This document shows, piece by piece, positions 36,398-48,845 of a stretch of 64,000 bases of DNA (positions within the stretch are counted from its first letter, which is position 1; each line of letters starts with the position of its first letter). Source of the DNA: Magallana gigas (taxonomy: Eukaryota); contig NC_088855.1 in NCBI RefSeq assembly GCF_963853765.1, positions 58,342,001-58,406,000 of the forward strand, given 5' to 3'. The notes beneath the pieces are model-generated. The model did no database searches, was not told where the DNA came from, and worked only from the letters and a program-made list of their open reading frames with translations. A program made the position numbers and the translations under genes.

Positions 36398-39300
36398 TCA
36401 CTGTTCGCTGATGCGCACGTTGAGTGCACAGAGTACTTTGGCCACCAGTTCCGGTTTCTTATCTTTACTTTTACACTGTAAACCTCTGCTCTTCAACCAC
36501 GCCATTAGTGTTACACTGTTTACTTTACTAAGCTGTAAATAAAACCTCATTCTGATATAGATTCTCTCAATTTCAATCTTTTGTAGATTTATTGCGATTC
36601 TCTATAATTAACTCACCTGAACAAAAGTTTTAGAATCCGTTCTTATATACTATCCTTGTTTCCCCTTTTCTTTATGGTAAGATGCTTTTTAAATTCCATC
36701 TAATCTAGATATCCTGTCCCCCTATAATATAACACCCCCCCCCCCCCCCCCGTAACACAGACCCTCCGATTTTGTAATACATTACACGTATTTGCCCCCA
36801 ACCTCGTGTATTAATACAATAACCCCCCTTAACATACAACAACCCCCCCCCCCCCCCCCCCCCTTCTGTACTACATCACATTACACGTACTTCCTGTTAA
36901 CCCCTAGTCATACAATAACTCCCCCTTAATGCATAATACATTACCTGTCCCTCTCTGGCTAGCCCCTCCACATCGACGTCCTGTACCGAGGGCTTGGTCC
37001 GAGGCTTTTTGGCCGGTGTGGGACCACTGCATTGTTGCTGCTGAACAAAACATATCAGATTTTTAAATTTTGTACTGCCTTGTCACAGGCACCTGACATT
37101 ACAAATTTTTCCCATAATAAAAATAAACACCCTATGTCTAATGCTGCATATAGATATAGGGTATATATTTTTATCATAAGAAAAATATATAAAGTCAGGT
37201 GCCTGTGTGCCTGGTTGTTGCTGAACACAACATGGAAGATTTTTTGTTTTAATTTTGTAAGATTTTATAAGATTAGAAATATGAAACCAGCAAATATTAA
37301 AGACTGACAAATCAGCCAAATCTAGAGTGATAAATGATGTTGTTGAAACTAATAAACAATGGATTATAAACATTTGTTTGATTATATTTCTTACCAGTTA
37401 CATTAAGATAATGCATTTATACATTACCTCGTTCATGCTTGTCTTTTTTGTGGACAGACTCGGTGACGTCATTAAATCGTCATCAGACTCCACGGCTGTC
37501 GGCCCGGGGGTCGGTCTCTGACTCGGACAGTCATTAAATCCCCGCCTGTTACCGTTCTGTGACGTGGTCGCGATCGCTATAGGCGTGGTGCGACACGAAG
37601 AGCTTCCTCGGGCGACTGTGGGGGTTCTGATGATAGACGTCGCTCTGTGGACGGGTGTTAGTGAGGTGTGAGGGAGGGTGGGCCGGGGGACAGACGGGGG
37701 AACCAGCGATGATTGGTGGACGGATCCCGGTGTATCTGACCACGAGTCTGTAAAACACAAATCTCTTCTGTTATATTGAGTTACAAGTTATGTTTATGGT
37801 AATGAATAAAAGAGGCGATCCATTATAACCCAAACCTTGGAGTGAGCCAGGAGCTGGTGGTAGGGGTTTACCCAATGATGACACCGGCGTCGTCTGAAAT
37901 GTTAAAAGACAAGGTGGAAATTTTAATGCATTTATAAATACTTACATAAATGTATAAGGAAAACAAAGAAGCGGTTTATCAAATAATAGACACGTTCCAT
38001 ATTCATTCACCGTTTAAAGTATACAAAAACATACACTTGGTTGGGTACAGCTGGGGGTTTCTGTACTAGAGCTCGCCAGACCTGACCCATCACGCTGTTT
38101 CCTCTGTCCGCCGCTCGTCCTTGCTTTGAACACCGGAACAACTGGAGGTGTCACTGACCCTGGATTGGAGCTCGGTCTTGTAAAAGTATTGCTGGACTTT
38201 TTGGCGAGGAACTTCGGGATAATCCTCGGTTCCTGACTGTTACTGGAACTGACTGTCTGGGAAGGCTCAAGCAGGCGTCTGTTGATATTGCACGATGTCT
38301 GTGACGTAGCTGGTTCCTGATCTGCAGGACTCTGTCTCGGTGTGTTGGGAGGGAAGGGGTTTGGATAGGCGCTATCCCTGAGCTGGGTTGAGATCTTGTT
38401 TTGCTGGATGTTCCCGGGTTGTGACTGGACGGACAGTGTCTGAGAGCAGCTGTTATTCTGCTCGGTGTGTTGGGGCGGAATTGGAAAGTTTCTGTAGATG
38501 ACTTTCTTGGATGCAGTGTTTCTTATACTTAAATTGCTAGAATCAGACTTCTCCTTCTGTCAAAAAATCCATATGATTTCTTCCTTCTTAATTAAACCTT
38601 TCAATCACAGACAGGCAAACTAACAACAGCAGATAGAAGATCAAATCATTTGTTCTGCTTCTTTCTTAAAAGTTGATAATTATTTTTTCAAGTCCCAAAC
38701 AGAGAAACATGTATGTATATATGTTAATATGGTGCATAACTCAACAGCACGACTCTGTGACTTGGTGACAGAGCCAATACCTTGGTGTCAGAGCTGTAAC
38801 CTGGGTGACAGAGCTGTTACCTGGGTGAGAGAGCTGTTACCTGGGTGACAGAGAGGATACCAGGGTGACAGAGCTGTTACCTGGGTGACAGAGCAGTTAC
38901 CAGGGTGACAGAGCTGTTACCTGGGTTACAGAGCAGTTACCTGGGTGACAGAGCTGAGCTCGGTCAGGAGGTAGTTGGCCCGGGACTGGAGCTGTAGAAG
39001 GTGACCACACAGCGTGGACATCTTGGCCTTCAGGTCCTGGAGGAAGGTCACAAGGATCGGTCGGGGGTCCACCCGGGGGAGAGCTAGGATGTCCCGTGAC
39101 CGGAGACACACATCAGGGTAGGTAAACAAGGTCAAGGACAGTATAGCACACACGTCCTTGTAAATTCATATCTACATAGGCACTCACTACTCCATGTACA
39201 CTAACACCTACATGTACACTCACACCTACATGTAAAATTACACATACCCGTACACTTTCGCCTTCAAGTGCATGTTCACTCACACTTGTAGTTTTGATTT

Positions 39301-41415
39301 TAAACGAAAAGTTGTTTTCGGTGCTAGTATTGTTAAAAAGTGTGGATCTGCAACTTGTTGTTTGAATAAGGATATGTAAATATTCTTGGCCCTAGAGGTC
39401 TGAAATTAATCTGGTAGTAAATTCTGTCATCATCATTATCGGGCAGTCGATAACCATACTGAAAAATGAAAGCACCAACAGAACATTACCTAGATATAAT
39501 TTTGTTAATTTTTGTTCACTAATGACTTTAGAAGTTATCAATAGCATAGAGCTTATTAATTTGTATATTTTCAAGAATTTTAGAGTCATTAAAAGTAGTA
39601 ACTCAAACTATGGATATCTTTGTCATAGGTTACAGATAACTGTTCCACTCACGGAGTTTTTCCAATATCTCTTGATGTCTTTGTAGGACCGGAAGGGGCC
39701 GTCGGCCGGAAGTTGACGACTGATGCCCACAATCTCACCCCTCTTCATACTGAGTTAACAAAATTCTTACAGACAAAAGATCGACAAGAACATTGGTTCG
39801 TCATCTTGTTAATTTGTAACATATACCTGGGTAGGACGTGGCACCACGGCGAGCCGATGGACTCCCCCCGTATGGCAAAGTCGGGATCCTGTAGGAACTT
39901 CTGATGACTTCTCGCTAGGACTTCTATATCACACAGCTAAATTTGCACAAAATCAAGAGGAATCCTTTATTTATTACAGGTATCTGTGTGCTCAGAGTTA
40001 GGAGTCTGACGTACACCTGTGTTATGTACCTGTTATCTGGAATCTGAGGTACACCTATATGATGTACCTGTAGACTCACCTGGAGGGCGGGGAACCTGAC
40101 CGCGGACGCAGTGAGGGACAGGTGAATCTGTTCGTGGCTGACCACCAGCTCCATCTCTGTGTGAACAGGTAACCAGGTAAGATAACTGTGTATACCATTG
40201 TAGATTGGTGACAATTCAAAGAACGATAACTCTGACAGGAATTGTGGACTTACTGACGGCGTTCAGATATCCTTGATGGGACAGAAAATCTCGACCTGGT
40301 GGAATGCACAGATTACAGACTCTTAATGCAGATCATCATAAAGATACATAAAGCATCTGTACAAAATTATTATAAATATCAAGGTTGTAGATATTTGCCT
40401 TGTATGAGCCACTGTCCGGCTTTGTTCCAGGAGGGGGCGATCCTCGCCAGCAGGGTGTAGTGGAGACAGGACTGGAATAGGGCCGTGGTCACAGGCTGGG
40501 GGTCACCGGCCTGTAACATGGACAAGGACCACCAATCAGTGGCCATGAGTAAATATATTCTTGACTTGAAATTTTATTGTTATAAAAGTAGATATCAGTT
40601 AACTTCTTTTTTTAATTTATCAAACACAAACATGAAATGTTACCACTAGCCCTATTTTGGAGAATCTTGCTTGCAACTTTCCTGTGTTGTACAAAGTTTT
40701 CTGGAAAGAAGGTAAATTCAACCTCAGTTTATTCTGTAGAATTTAACAAAACTGATATTGACGGAATAGTGATCTGATCATTTCTTAGTTTCCAAAGTAA
40801 TACAGGAGAAACATACGGTGATTTTTAATACCTTCAGAACAACTTGGAAAGTGTTATCGGAATTGAAAGCTGGTGTTGCAATGATATCTGGCTCAGTGAA
40901 GATTAATTCTCTGTAAATGTATATATACAGTATATTCTTAGTGGAACAACGAATTTTGTGGCTCTTAAGCAAACAAAACACACAATACAAAGACTACTGG
41001 CAGTTAAATAGCCCGCTGCACAATGTGTTCACTGTTCAGACAAGAATTGAATAAAGAGTAACTGAAATTAAAGAAAATAAAGAATATGTATTATATTTAA
41101 CACTATAAAAGGGATTAAACAAATGTATATAATGTGAATTTTAAGAAGTCCAATAAGCACTCAGCTTTGTTGTAAAAATAAGTACCCAAGGTTGTGTAGA
41201 GAGTATTTTCTATAGAAAGATATGCAGTCATACAACGTTTTACTGTATGACATTATATATAATACTTGCCTGCATCTTATCACGTGAGGCTGAAAAGTGG
41301 ACGAAGTGTTATTGAGGCATTTAGTAATGCATATTGAAATTGTAAGCAGTTCCTCTAAAGGTGGACATTTGGCCAAAACAATGACAGGCGCTGTAGCATT
41401 TTCTTTACCGTACAT
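36398..41415 (-). CDS. C18orf63: C18orf63 / DUF4708-family protein (14 coding exons)
   Basis: Exons (-): 41270-41415, 40832-40910, 40644-40700, 40399-40510, 40254-40295, 40080-40156, 39827-39936, 39653-39749, 39376-39458, 38941-39121, 38035-38556, 37836-37893, 37428-37747, 36945-37040, 36398-36532 (15 listed including the first; the ATG is tentative). Translation [31 protein letters not shown]...WCHVLPSMKRG...YGYRLP...FTYPDVC...FLQDLKAK and C-terminal LSKVNSVTLMAWLKSRG match the family as I recall it. Confidence 0.88.
37082..37208. mobile_element. ~125-bp foldback MITE (second copy ~42290-42400)
   Basis: caggcacctgac ... gtcaggtgcctg with inverted cataataaa/ttttatcat(a)ag interior; the homologous hairpin at 42290-42400 ends in ggtcaggtgcctgtg. 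Confidence 0.55.
38755..38955 (-). repeat. 20-bp minisatellite x10 spanning a C18orf63 exon donor
   Basis: Unit ctgggtgacagagctgttac, in register at 38761, 38781 ... 38941; the last copy overlaps the exon end. Confidence 0.95.
39122..39375 (-). other. U12-type (minor spliceosome) AT-AC intron
   Basis: 5' site AC|ATATCCTT, branch site TCCTTGAC, 3' site ...cttgtttAC|C; restores the conserved FTYP reading frame. Confidence 0.9.
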
Positions 41416-41866
41416 TTTTTTTTCGGTAGTAAAAAGTCGTCTGCCAGCACTTTATGTTTTTGATCTATATTTCCAAAATCCCGAGCCCGATCTAACGATT
41501 CACCATTCGCAGTTTTTAAAAGTTTTGTGCATAAATTAAAAATAAATGAATTTAAAAAATGAAACGTATATTTAAATTTTATACTCTTTAGTCTGTAGGA
41601 TATATATAACCATTTTGTACAGTCACTAAATAACATACACATTCAGAGGCATAGCCTACAATTAGGGACAGGATATGCATACACATGTGATAGGCCTTAG
41701 GTGTGACGACACATGGCGGGAAGTCCCTTGACCGTGAATTGAGACAGGGGTGCTTTCATCAACAAAGGAAAATATGGCAGCTTCAGTAAGCAAGAGTAGA
41801 CGCAGCTACAGGTACACATGTGTAGGTAAGTCTGGGACACTGAAGCCACGTAGATGTATATATAAG

Positions 41867-42207
41867 CACTGGCGTCGGAAGCAAATTGAAAGTGAGTGGG
41901 GGGGGGGGGGGGCTAGACTAATCCTTCGAAATATTGAGAAAAAAGTAATTTCTAAATTCACGGAAATCCTAATCCGTGGGGGGGGGGGGGGGGGGGGGAG
42001 TATACCAAAAGACAAAAAATTTCTTACCCAAATTTTTTTCCCCAAAATCATGAAATTCCTAATCCGTGGGGGGGGGAGGGGGGGGGGGGAGATAGTATGC
42101 TTCTGAATCCAACTTCTCAATCTTTCAAGGTAAATTTAGGAACAATAATCTTTCCTGCGAGAAAAAGTGGGGGGGGGGGGGCTTAACCCTCTATCATGCT
42201 ATGTTTC
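41867..42207. mobile_element. Poly-G MITE related to the 12858/21589 family, with non-matching ends
   Basis: Left end cactggcgtcggaagc; internal aatcctaatccgtggggg and tgcgagaaaaagtggggg are shared with the family; right end catgctatgtttct is degenerate. Confidence 0.55.
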
Positions 42208-43817
42208 TAATGGTTAGGTATAACTTTGCACGTCCTTTAAAGTAACGACGTAGTTGCAGGTAAAGTATTATCCAGGTTAGGAACATATACACCTGACGTT
42301 ACATGTTTCTCTCATAATAAAGATATATACCATCTACCTCATAGTGTATTATCAGGTAGAGGGCATATATTTTTGTTATGAGAAAGGTCAGGTGCCTGTG
42401 TTATTCGCAATTTGTACACAGTAATGTAGAACGATTTAATATATATTCCAACTTTATCGTGATCTTTGTTTAACAGTTTACTAATTATGCAAATTTAGAA
42501 TGTCAATATAATGTAATGTGAGGTAGAAATCACTTGGTCCAGTTAAGGGAACTGGACGGTTGTGGCCATTCTTAGACTGTATTTATCTCTGTAATACGAA
42601 GAGCTCTGGATAAAGAAGTGATGATAATGGCAATAAAATATCTCAAAATCAAAACGTTAATGTGTATCTTAGCTGCAGGTCTGTACCTGCAGTTATGTGT
42701 ATGTATAATGGATACCCAATGGCTCTACATTGCTGACCACCCATTCTACTTAAATCACCAAAAAGAAGCGATCTCATTCGATGGTTTATAATTACAACAG
42801 CCAATGAAAAGTGACTTCCTATGGTAGAGCAAAGAAAGTGATCGTCATCTCAATTCACCAGCACACCAACTAGCGTAACATTTTTAGATATGAATTATAT
42901 TCTATTCAAATGTTGAATAAAATAACAGATTTCCGTAGATAATAATATTTGATAAATATTTCATAGACTCACAAGAATATATAAATTTATAATTCATACG
43001 GATTTTGTTAAGAATTCGCAAAAGCAAGTTTTAAATGGCAACGACTACGGTAAGTATTTATTTCTGTTAACATTCTGACTGTTTGGGTCTACTGTGGAAT
43101 CAATCTCCCTAACAGTATGGTTACAGAAATACTTGGGTTTTTTTACATACAGTATTTGAATGCGGATCTACAATTGTTTTGGCCCCACAAAAATCTGCAA
43201 TGCAAGCTACCTTCATACCAACATGAATATCCAATGAAAGCATTTTATTGTTTAAAGAAAATCAGATGACTATCACAGAAAATACATAGCAAACAAAACC
43301 TCTTTAAACAATGAACTACTGATATACGCAATTTGCTTCAATTAGAAATGTTGAAATGCATTAAAAATCTTTAATAGTGAAATTAAGCAATTTTGTTTAA
43401 AGGCAAAAAAAAATAAATGGCGACTGTCGATACTCGATATTTTTTCACACATGCTTTGACTTCCAAGGTTGATGAGTCAATGTACATTAAGTTGTAAATT
43501 GAAATTAACTTAATTCTATCTCTCAACTTCTCATACTTCGATAAAATACCGGAATGAGGGTAGTTATATTTCCTACAATTTACTCCAAATTACTCGCGCA
43601 GTCTTCCGTTTCTAAGATACTTCCCAATACACCATCTCCGTCGAATTCTTGTGCACACACTCGGACAATTCGCTATCTATCAGAACAGACAGATTCAAGA
43701 TTTGCGGGAATACATGTCACCTTCGCCTCTCCTCGAGCGAATGTTGATAAAGCTGACCCGTTATCTATCTTCAAATTAAACTTTTAAAGTTGTCGTTTAG
43801 CTGCAGAAAAAGTCGAC

Positions 43818-44987
43818 ATGTCCTCGCAAGAGAAACCGGAACCCAAAGAGGAAAAGTCCGGACCGTCCACCGCCGGAAAAATCGTCAAGACACTGTTCCT
43901 GGTCTCAGTGTGGATATGTCTGGTAAGTATTAAAACCGAGAAACTATTGCAATATATGGACCACGCAATAGATATTGCTTATACGCGCATGTCTGGTAAG
44001 GGGACATAGGTATTTGCACAACGTTACAAGGAATTATGTAGAAGAAGCTAATTCTGTTGTGTTCTGGTATATGGATATTACTGCAGTAGAATGTACAGTC
44101 ACTTTTGCAACCATTGAGTAGTTTGGCAAACCGAACGAAGATTCGGTAAAGTTAATGACAAAAGTTTATTTTTTCCAACTGTGTGGTAAAATTTCAGCAT
44201 CACTTATAACGTAGCCACGGTAAATCGTTTTGTGTTAAGCCAAACAAGTATTCCACGAAAGTGTATTTGAAATAGAACCATTTTAACAAGACCTTGGACT
44301 TTCGGTTAGACGTAGCTGTCTATATCTTGCGTCAAAACAAGTTTAAATGACACGGTTTCAGGCGAAATATGCACCGATTGCGTAGTCGTAGCTCAAAAGC
44401 CAGACAAACCTTGTTGATTTCAAAGAGCCACGGCTAAGTGGCCAGCAATCTTATAGACAGGCCTACGTCACATTGCTGTTTGACACAACTACCCAAACTC
44501 TTGTTAAAATGGTTCTAAACGTCCAACCTTTTCACTATTACATTATTAAATCGTTGTGGTAGCTATACAGTTACTTTGCAGACATACCGATTCCTATAGC
44601 TTAACGGTCTACTGCAGATAAACAAAAATCTGAACTTACAGGCGCAAGGACAGAAAACAAATAGAACCATTTTAACAAGAGCTTGGACTTTGGGTAGTTG
44701 TGTCAAACAGCAATGTTACATAGGCCTGTCTATTTCCTTGTAGGCCACTCAGCCATGGCTCTTTGAAATTAACAAGATTTGTCTGGCTTTTGAGTTAAAA
44801 CTACGCAATCGATACATATTTCGCTTGAAACCGCATCATTTTAAACTTGTTTTGACGCATGGAAAAGATAGCTACGCCCTACTGAAAGTCCAAGGTCTTG
44901 TTAAAAGGGTTCTATGTGCTCTATTTTTCAGATGTCAATCATTTTTTTTTATCTTTTTGTGTTTGTTACGTTAATACAACGTGAAGG

Positions 44988-45067
<80 letters not shown>

Positions 45068-46637
45068 ATGTACCTTACCAATTTATTTCTATTTTTCTTC
45101 CACTCCCTCTCCTCCCTTCTCTATATCCATCTATACTATAATTTCGTTGTTTTATCTGACTTTTTACAGGGTCTGTACCTGGAGATTACCGGCCCAACCC
45201 AGAAGGACCTGAAGCTCCGGGCTCACCTGGATTACGAGGAGGTGTCCCGGGCAATGTCGGGCCGCAGCATCGGCTTTTTCATTGGGGCCGCGATCGGGGG
45301 TTTCCTGGTGGACAAGCTGGACCCCTACTGTGACCTGATGGTGGCGGTGTGTCTCGACCTGGGCGCCACAGCGACCATTGTAGCGCCGCATGCGCAAGAG
45401 ATTGCTCTGCTGTGGTTCCTTTTTGTGATGCAAGGAACATTTGAAGGAATCATCAACATTGGTAAAATTCAGTTTCCATTTAATACTCCATCTTGTAGAC
45501 GAATTCGTGTGAAACCTCTAGAACAGACTACTGGTGACGTAATATTTTTTCTATCTTGCAGCTGGCCAGAAGCTTGTTTTAGAAATCTGGCAGGAGAAGG
45601 CCTCTTCTCCGTTGTTCCTTTTACATTTTGGATTTGGTATCGGTTCCTTTATCGTTCCACAGATAGCTAATCCCTTCTTGGCTATCCCAAAGCCGACCGC
45701 AGCGGCAAACTTCACCTATAATATGACCACTCTCCACCCCATTTCCACCACCGCCGCCCCGGTGACGGAGTACATCCGGGAATCTCGGATAGAGTGGGCC
45801 TACCTGATCGTGGCATTAATCACCATGAGCCTGTCTCTGGTCTTCTACTTCTACCAGTTCTGTGGTAAAGGGATGAGGAACACCCAGGTCGGAAAAACGC
45901 AAAAAGATAAGGACGAAGACCACACGAACATTCGCCGAATCATAGACCCTGCAACATGCGCCGGCGGCAAGCGATTGTTTGGAATCCAAGTTCTGGGCCT
46001 CCTGTTCCTGTTCTTTTTTGTCACTACTGGAGGTGAGCGGGTGTACGGTAAATTTATCCGCAGTTTCGCCATTGATTATTACAACATTGACGGCGACAGG
46101 GCGTCGCTCCTAAACAGCTCGTTCTGGATAAGTTTCGCTATCGGACGATTTGCTGGGTTCGTTGCCGCCAAGTGGATTCCTATTCGCATCATTCTGCTGA
46201 TAGAGACCACAGGGGCCATGACGTCAGCCATTTTGTTGAACATCTTCGCAGACGACAGCACCTTGGCGCTGTGGATCCTCACTCAGCCAATGGCGTTCTT
46301 TATTGCCCCCTGCTTCCCGTCGGGCGTCGGCTGGGGCGATTTCCACATTCACCTGTCTGGTCTGGGAATCACCTTTCTCCTGCTAGGGGGCGCTCTGGGT
46401 GGCGTGTGTTACATGTGGATCATTGGGTACTTTTACGAGGCGTACGGGCCCCTGTCTTTCTTCTACGTCATGCTCTCCTACGGCATTCCTCTGTGTACAT
46501 TGGCTTTCATTATGCATTTCTCCACTTGGGGGAAGGGCCACCGTTTTAAAGACGAGGAAAAGAAAGAGGAAGTGGTAGAAGTGAGTGGTATACAACTGAA
46601 GTTTTACAGCAAGTCGGACCAAGAAAAGTCGATGTAA
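43818..46637 (+). CDS. MFSD4: MFS transporter, MFSD4/NAGLT1 (sodium-dependent glucose transporter 1)-like
   Basis: Exons 43818-43922, 45170-45461 and 45562-46637, GT-AG and in frame. Motifs GLYLEITGPT..DL, GFFIGAAIGGFLVDK, LHFGFGIGSFIVPQIANPFL, GGERVYGKFIRSFA, FWISFAIGRFAG. Family-level call. Confidence 0.9.
44273..44517 (-). mobile_element. TAG...CTA MITE (reverse orientation) in MFS intron 1
   Basis: TIR tagaaccattttaacaag / cttgttaaaatggttcta; interior is the reverse complement of the 44662 copy. Confidence 0.85.
44662..44914 (+). mobile_element. TAG...CTA MITE in MFS intron 1
   Basis: Same TIRs; collinear with 17391-17731. Confidence 0.85.
44991..45065. repeat. (TC)n microsatellite
   Basis: ~37 units. 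Confidence 0.98.
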
Positions 46638-47613
46638 CAATGGTTAAAACCCCAACATTTACAATAGTACAGAACTGTGATAGTTTGAGTGTTAGATGAC
46701 TTGGTAGTTGGAGTTAGACTGTAGAATGGTAGTGACCACTTACTGCTAGGTTAACACGTGCACCACGTGGATATACTCTATAATATTGGAATCAGCACCA
46801 GCGTGATTAACCTTATTTCAATGTATTTGAGTTTATATCTATGAAATATATTATCTAGAAAAAGAAATGCGTAGTATGTTACAGTTGCAAAACTCTTTAT
46901 TTTTTTAACCGTATATAATTTACACCAACTCTAGTTTATTTGCAAATTTTCAAGAAATCGACCATCTGGTTCTTTTCAATGACCATCTCAAAATACAGGT
47001 ACATATACAATAAGAATATTTCAGAAATTATCATTTTCCGCGATTCGAAGCAGATAAGAAAAATACTTCAAAAGCTTTTTTTCTGATTATTTTCTACCTT
47101 ATAAATAAAAAAAAATTCTACCGTCTAGTTTTAGCGTGGGCCATCTCAAAATATCAAAATGCGGCATACATGTATTTTGCTATATATTTAGAGTATTACA
47201 AATGTAGATTGGTATAAAGGATTCCTTAAATATTAAGAAAAATATCCTCAAGGATAGCAATATTCTGTGTATAGATTTTCAATGGCGTACGATTTTTAGC
47301 CGCTGTAGGTAGGCAAATCGCCAATGTAACTATAAATAGCACAACTTCAAAAGTAAACAAAAAAACCAAAGAGAGTCACAGTAAAAAGCTTCCGCTATAC
47401 CAACTAGTTACACAAAGAGCCACGTTTTGTCAAAAGTGTTTGCATTTTGTTTTTGTTTTTTTATTTCGAGAGAATTGTTTATCTTTTTTAGTTTTCTTAT
47501 TAATAACGTGTTTAAAAACAAGACTATGCATTTTGACACATACATGTACAATGCGCATGAATTTCCATGAACTGCTTTGCTGCGCGTTGAAGAAATTGGG
47601 ATTGAATATACAA

Positions 47614-48845
47614 GCTTATCTTTTAAAAAGATTTTTGAGCTAGCGCTGTAGCCATCGTAAAACACAGACGCAGATTTCTAAAACATTGGTTTAAATTTCT
47701 GAATCGATTAATTAACAATAGGAAGGCACAGTGGTGTAGCCTACTGGAATTGTGCTGGAGTGGGGTCTCAATTTAGAATTGTGAATCTAGAGTGGACGTC
47801 ACATCGGCAATGGCATAGCTTATTGACTGTGCTTTAATCATTATGTAGCTACTGTAATTTCAATTTCATCATTATGTAGTTACTGTAATTTCAAGTTCGA
47901 GGTGAAAATTTTCAAAAACCATTGGTACTGTTTTTGTAGCAATCGTATCTTCTCGGGCCTTTCCGGCAAGCTCGGAAAACATATCCGAAGCTGTTTTCCG
48001 AGCTTGAAGGAATTAAAGATAAAGTAAGCTATCTATTATAATATTGAATATAACGCATAAGACCTTTAACTACTGTTACTCTTTGCTAGCGCTCTCGAGC
48101 GCTAGCAACTACGTTAGTCTTTTTCACTGGAATACGCATGCTCGACTCCATAGTAGGGGATTCTGGGAATACTGTACTACTGTAGATAAACTGTACCATT
48201 TGAATTTCGTTTTATCATTTTCACATGAAGTTTTGTGTTTTATTATAAATGTCAAAAGTAACAGTAGCTTAGGTCTTATAATGCAAAGTTATTTTCAATA
48301 TTATAATAAATAGCTAGCTTTATCTTAAATTTCTTCAAGCTCGGAAAACAACTTCGGATATGTTTTCCGAGCTTGCCGGAAAGGCCCGAGAAGATCGATA
48401 CGATTGCTACAAAACAGTACCAATGGTTCTTGAAAATTTACAAAATTACTGTAGATACTTAGTGATTAAGGCACAGTCAATGAGCTATGCCATGCCTCTA
48501 GATTCACAGTTCTAAATTGAGACCCCACTCCAGTACAATTCCAGTACACCACCGTGCCTACCTATATTTAATTAATTGATTTAGAAATATAAACCAATGT
48601 TTTCGAAATCTACTTCTGTGTTTTATGATGGCTACAGCGCTAGCTCACCAATCTTTTTAAAAGATAAGCCTGCTGACATTTACAATAAAGCACAAAACTT
48701 CATGTCAATATGATAAAACGAAATTCAAATGGTACAGTTTATCTACAGTAGTAAATTATTCCGAGAATCCCCCACTATGGAGTCGATCATGCGTATTCCA
48801 GTGAAAAGGACTAACGTAGTTGCTAACGCTCGAGGGCGCTAGCAA
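47614..48845. repeat. Composite inverted duplication of a hairpin-ended repetitive element (A-B-A'-B')
   Basis: 47614-48030 is the reverse complement of 48310-48669; 48085-48255 is the reverse complement of 48673-48845. Confidence 0.8.

Noticed and set aside
41750-42120. ORFs on both strands near the C18orf63 5' end
   Set aside because: They run through a poly-G MITE and show no recognisable protein; probably promoter or UTR sequence.
43034-43056. Alternative coding first exon ATGGCAACGACTACG|gtaagt for the MFS gene
   Set aside because: Strong donor, but it is not in frame with the 43818 ATG through the nearby acceptors; at most a UTR exon or uORF, and unsupported without RNA data.
44981-45169. 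N-terminal SLSLSL extension of the MFS protein in the ORF track
   Set aside because: It is the (TC)n microsatellite and polypyrimidine tract of intron 1; the real exon starts at 45170.
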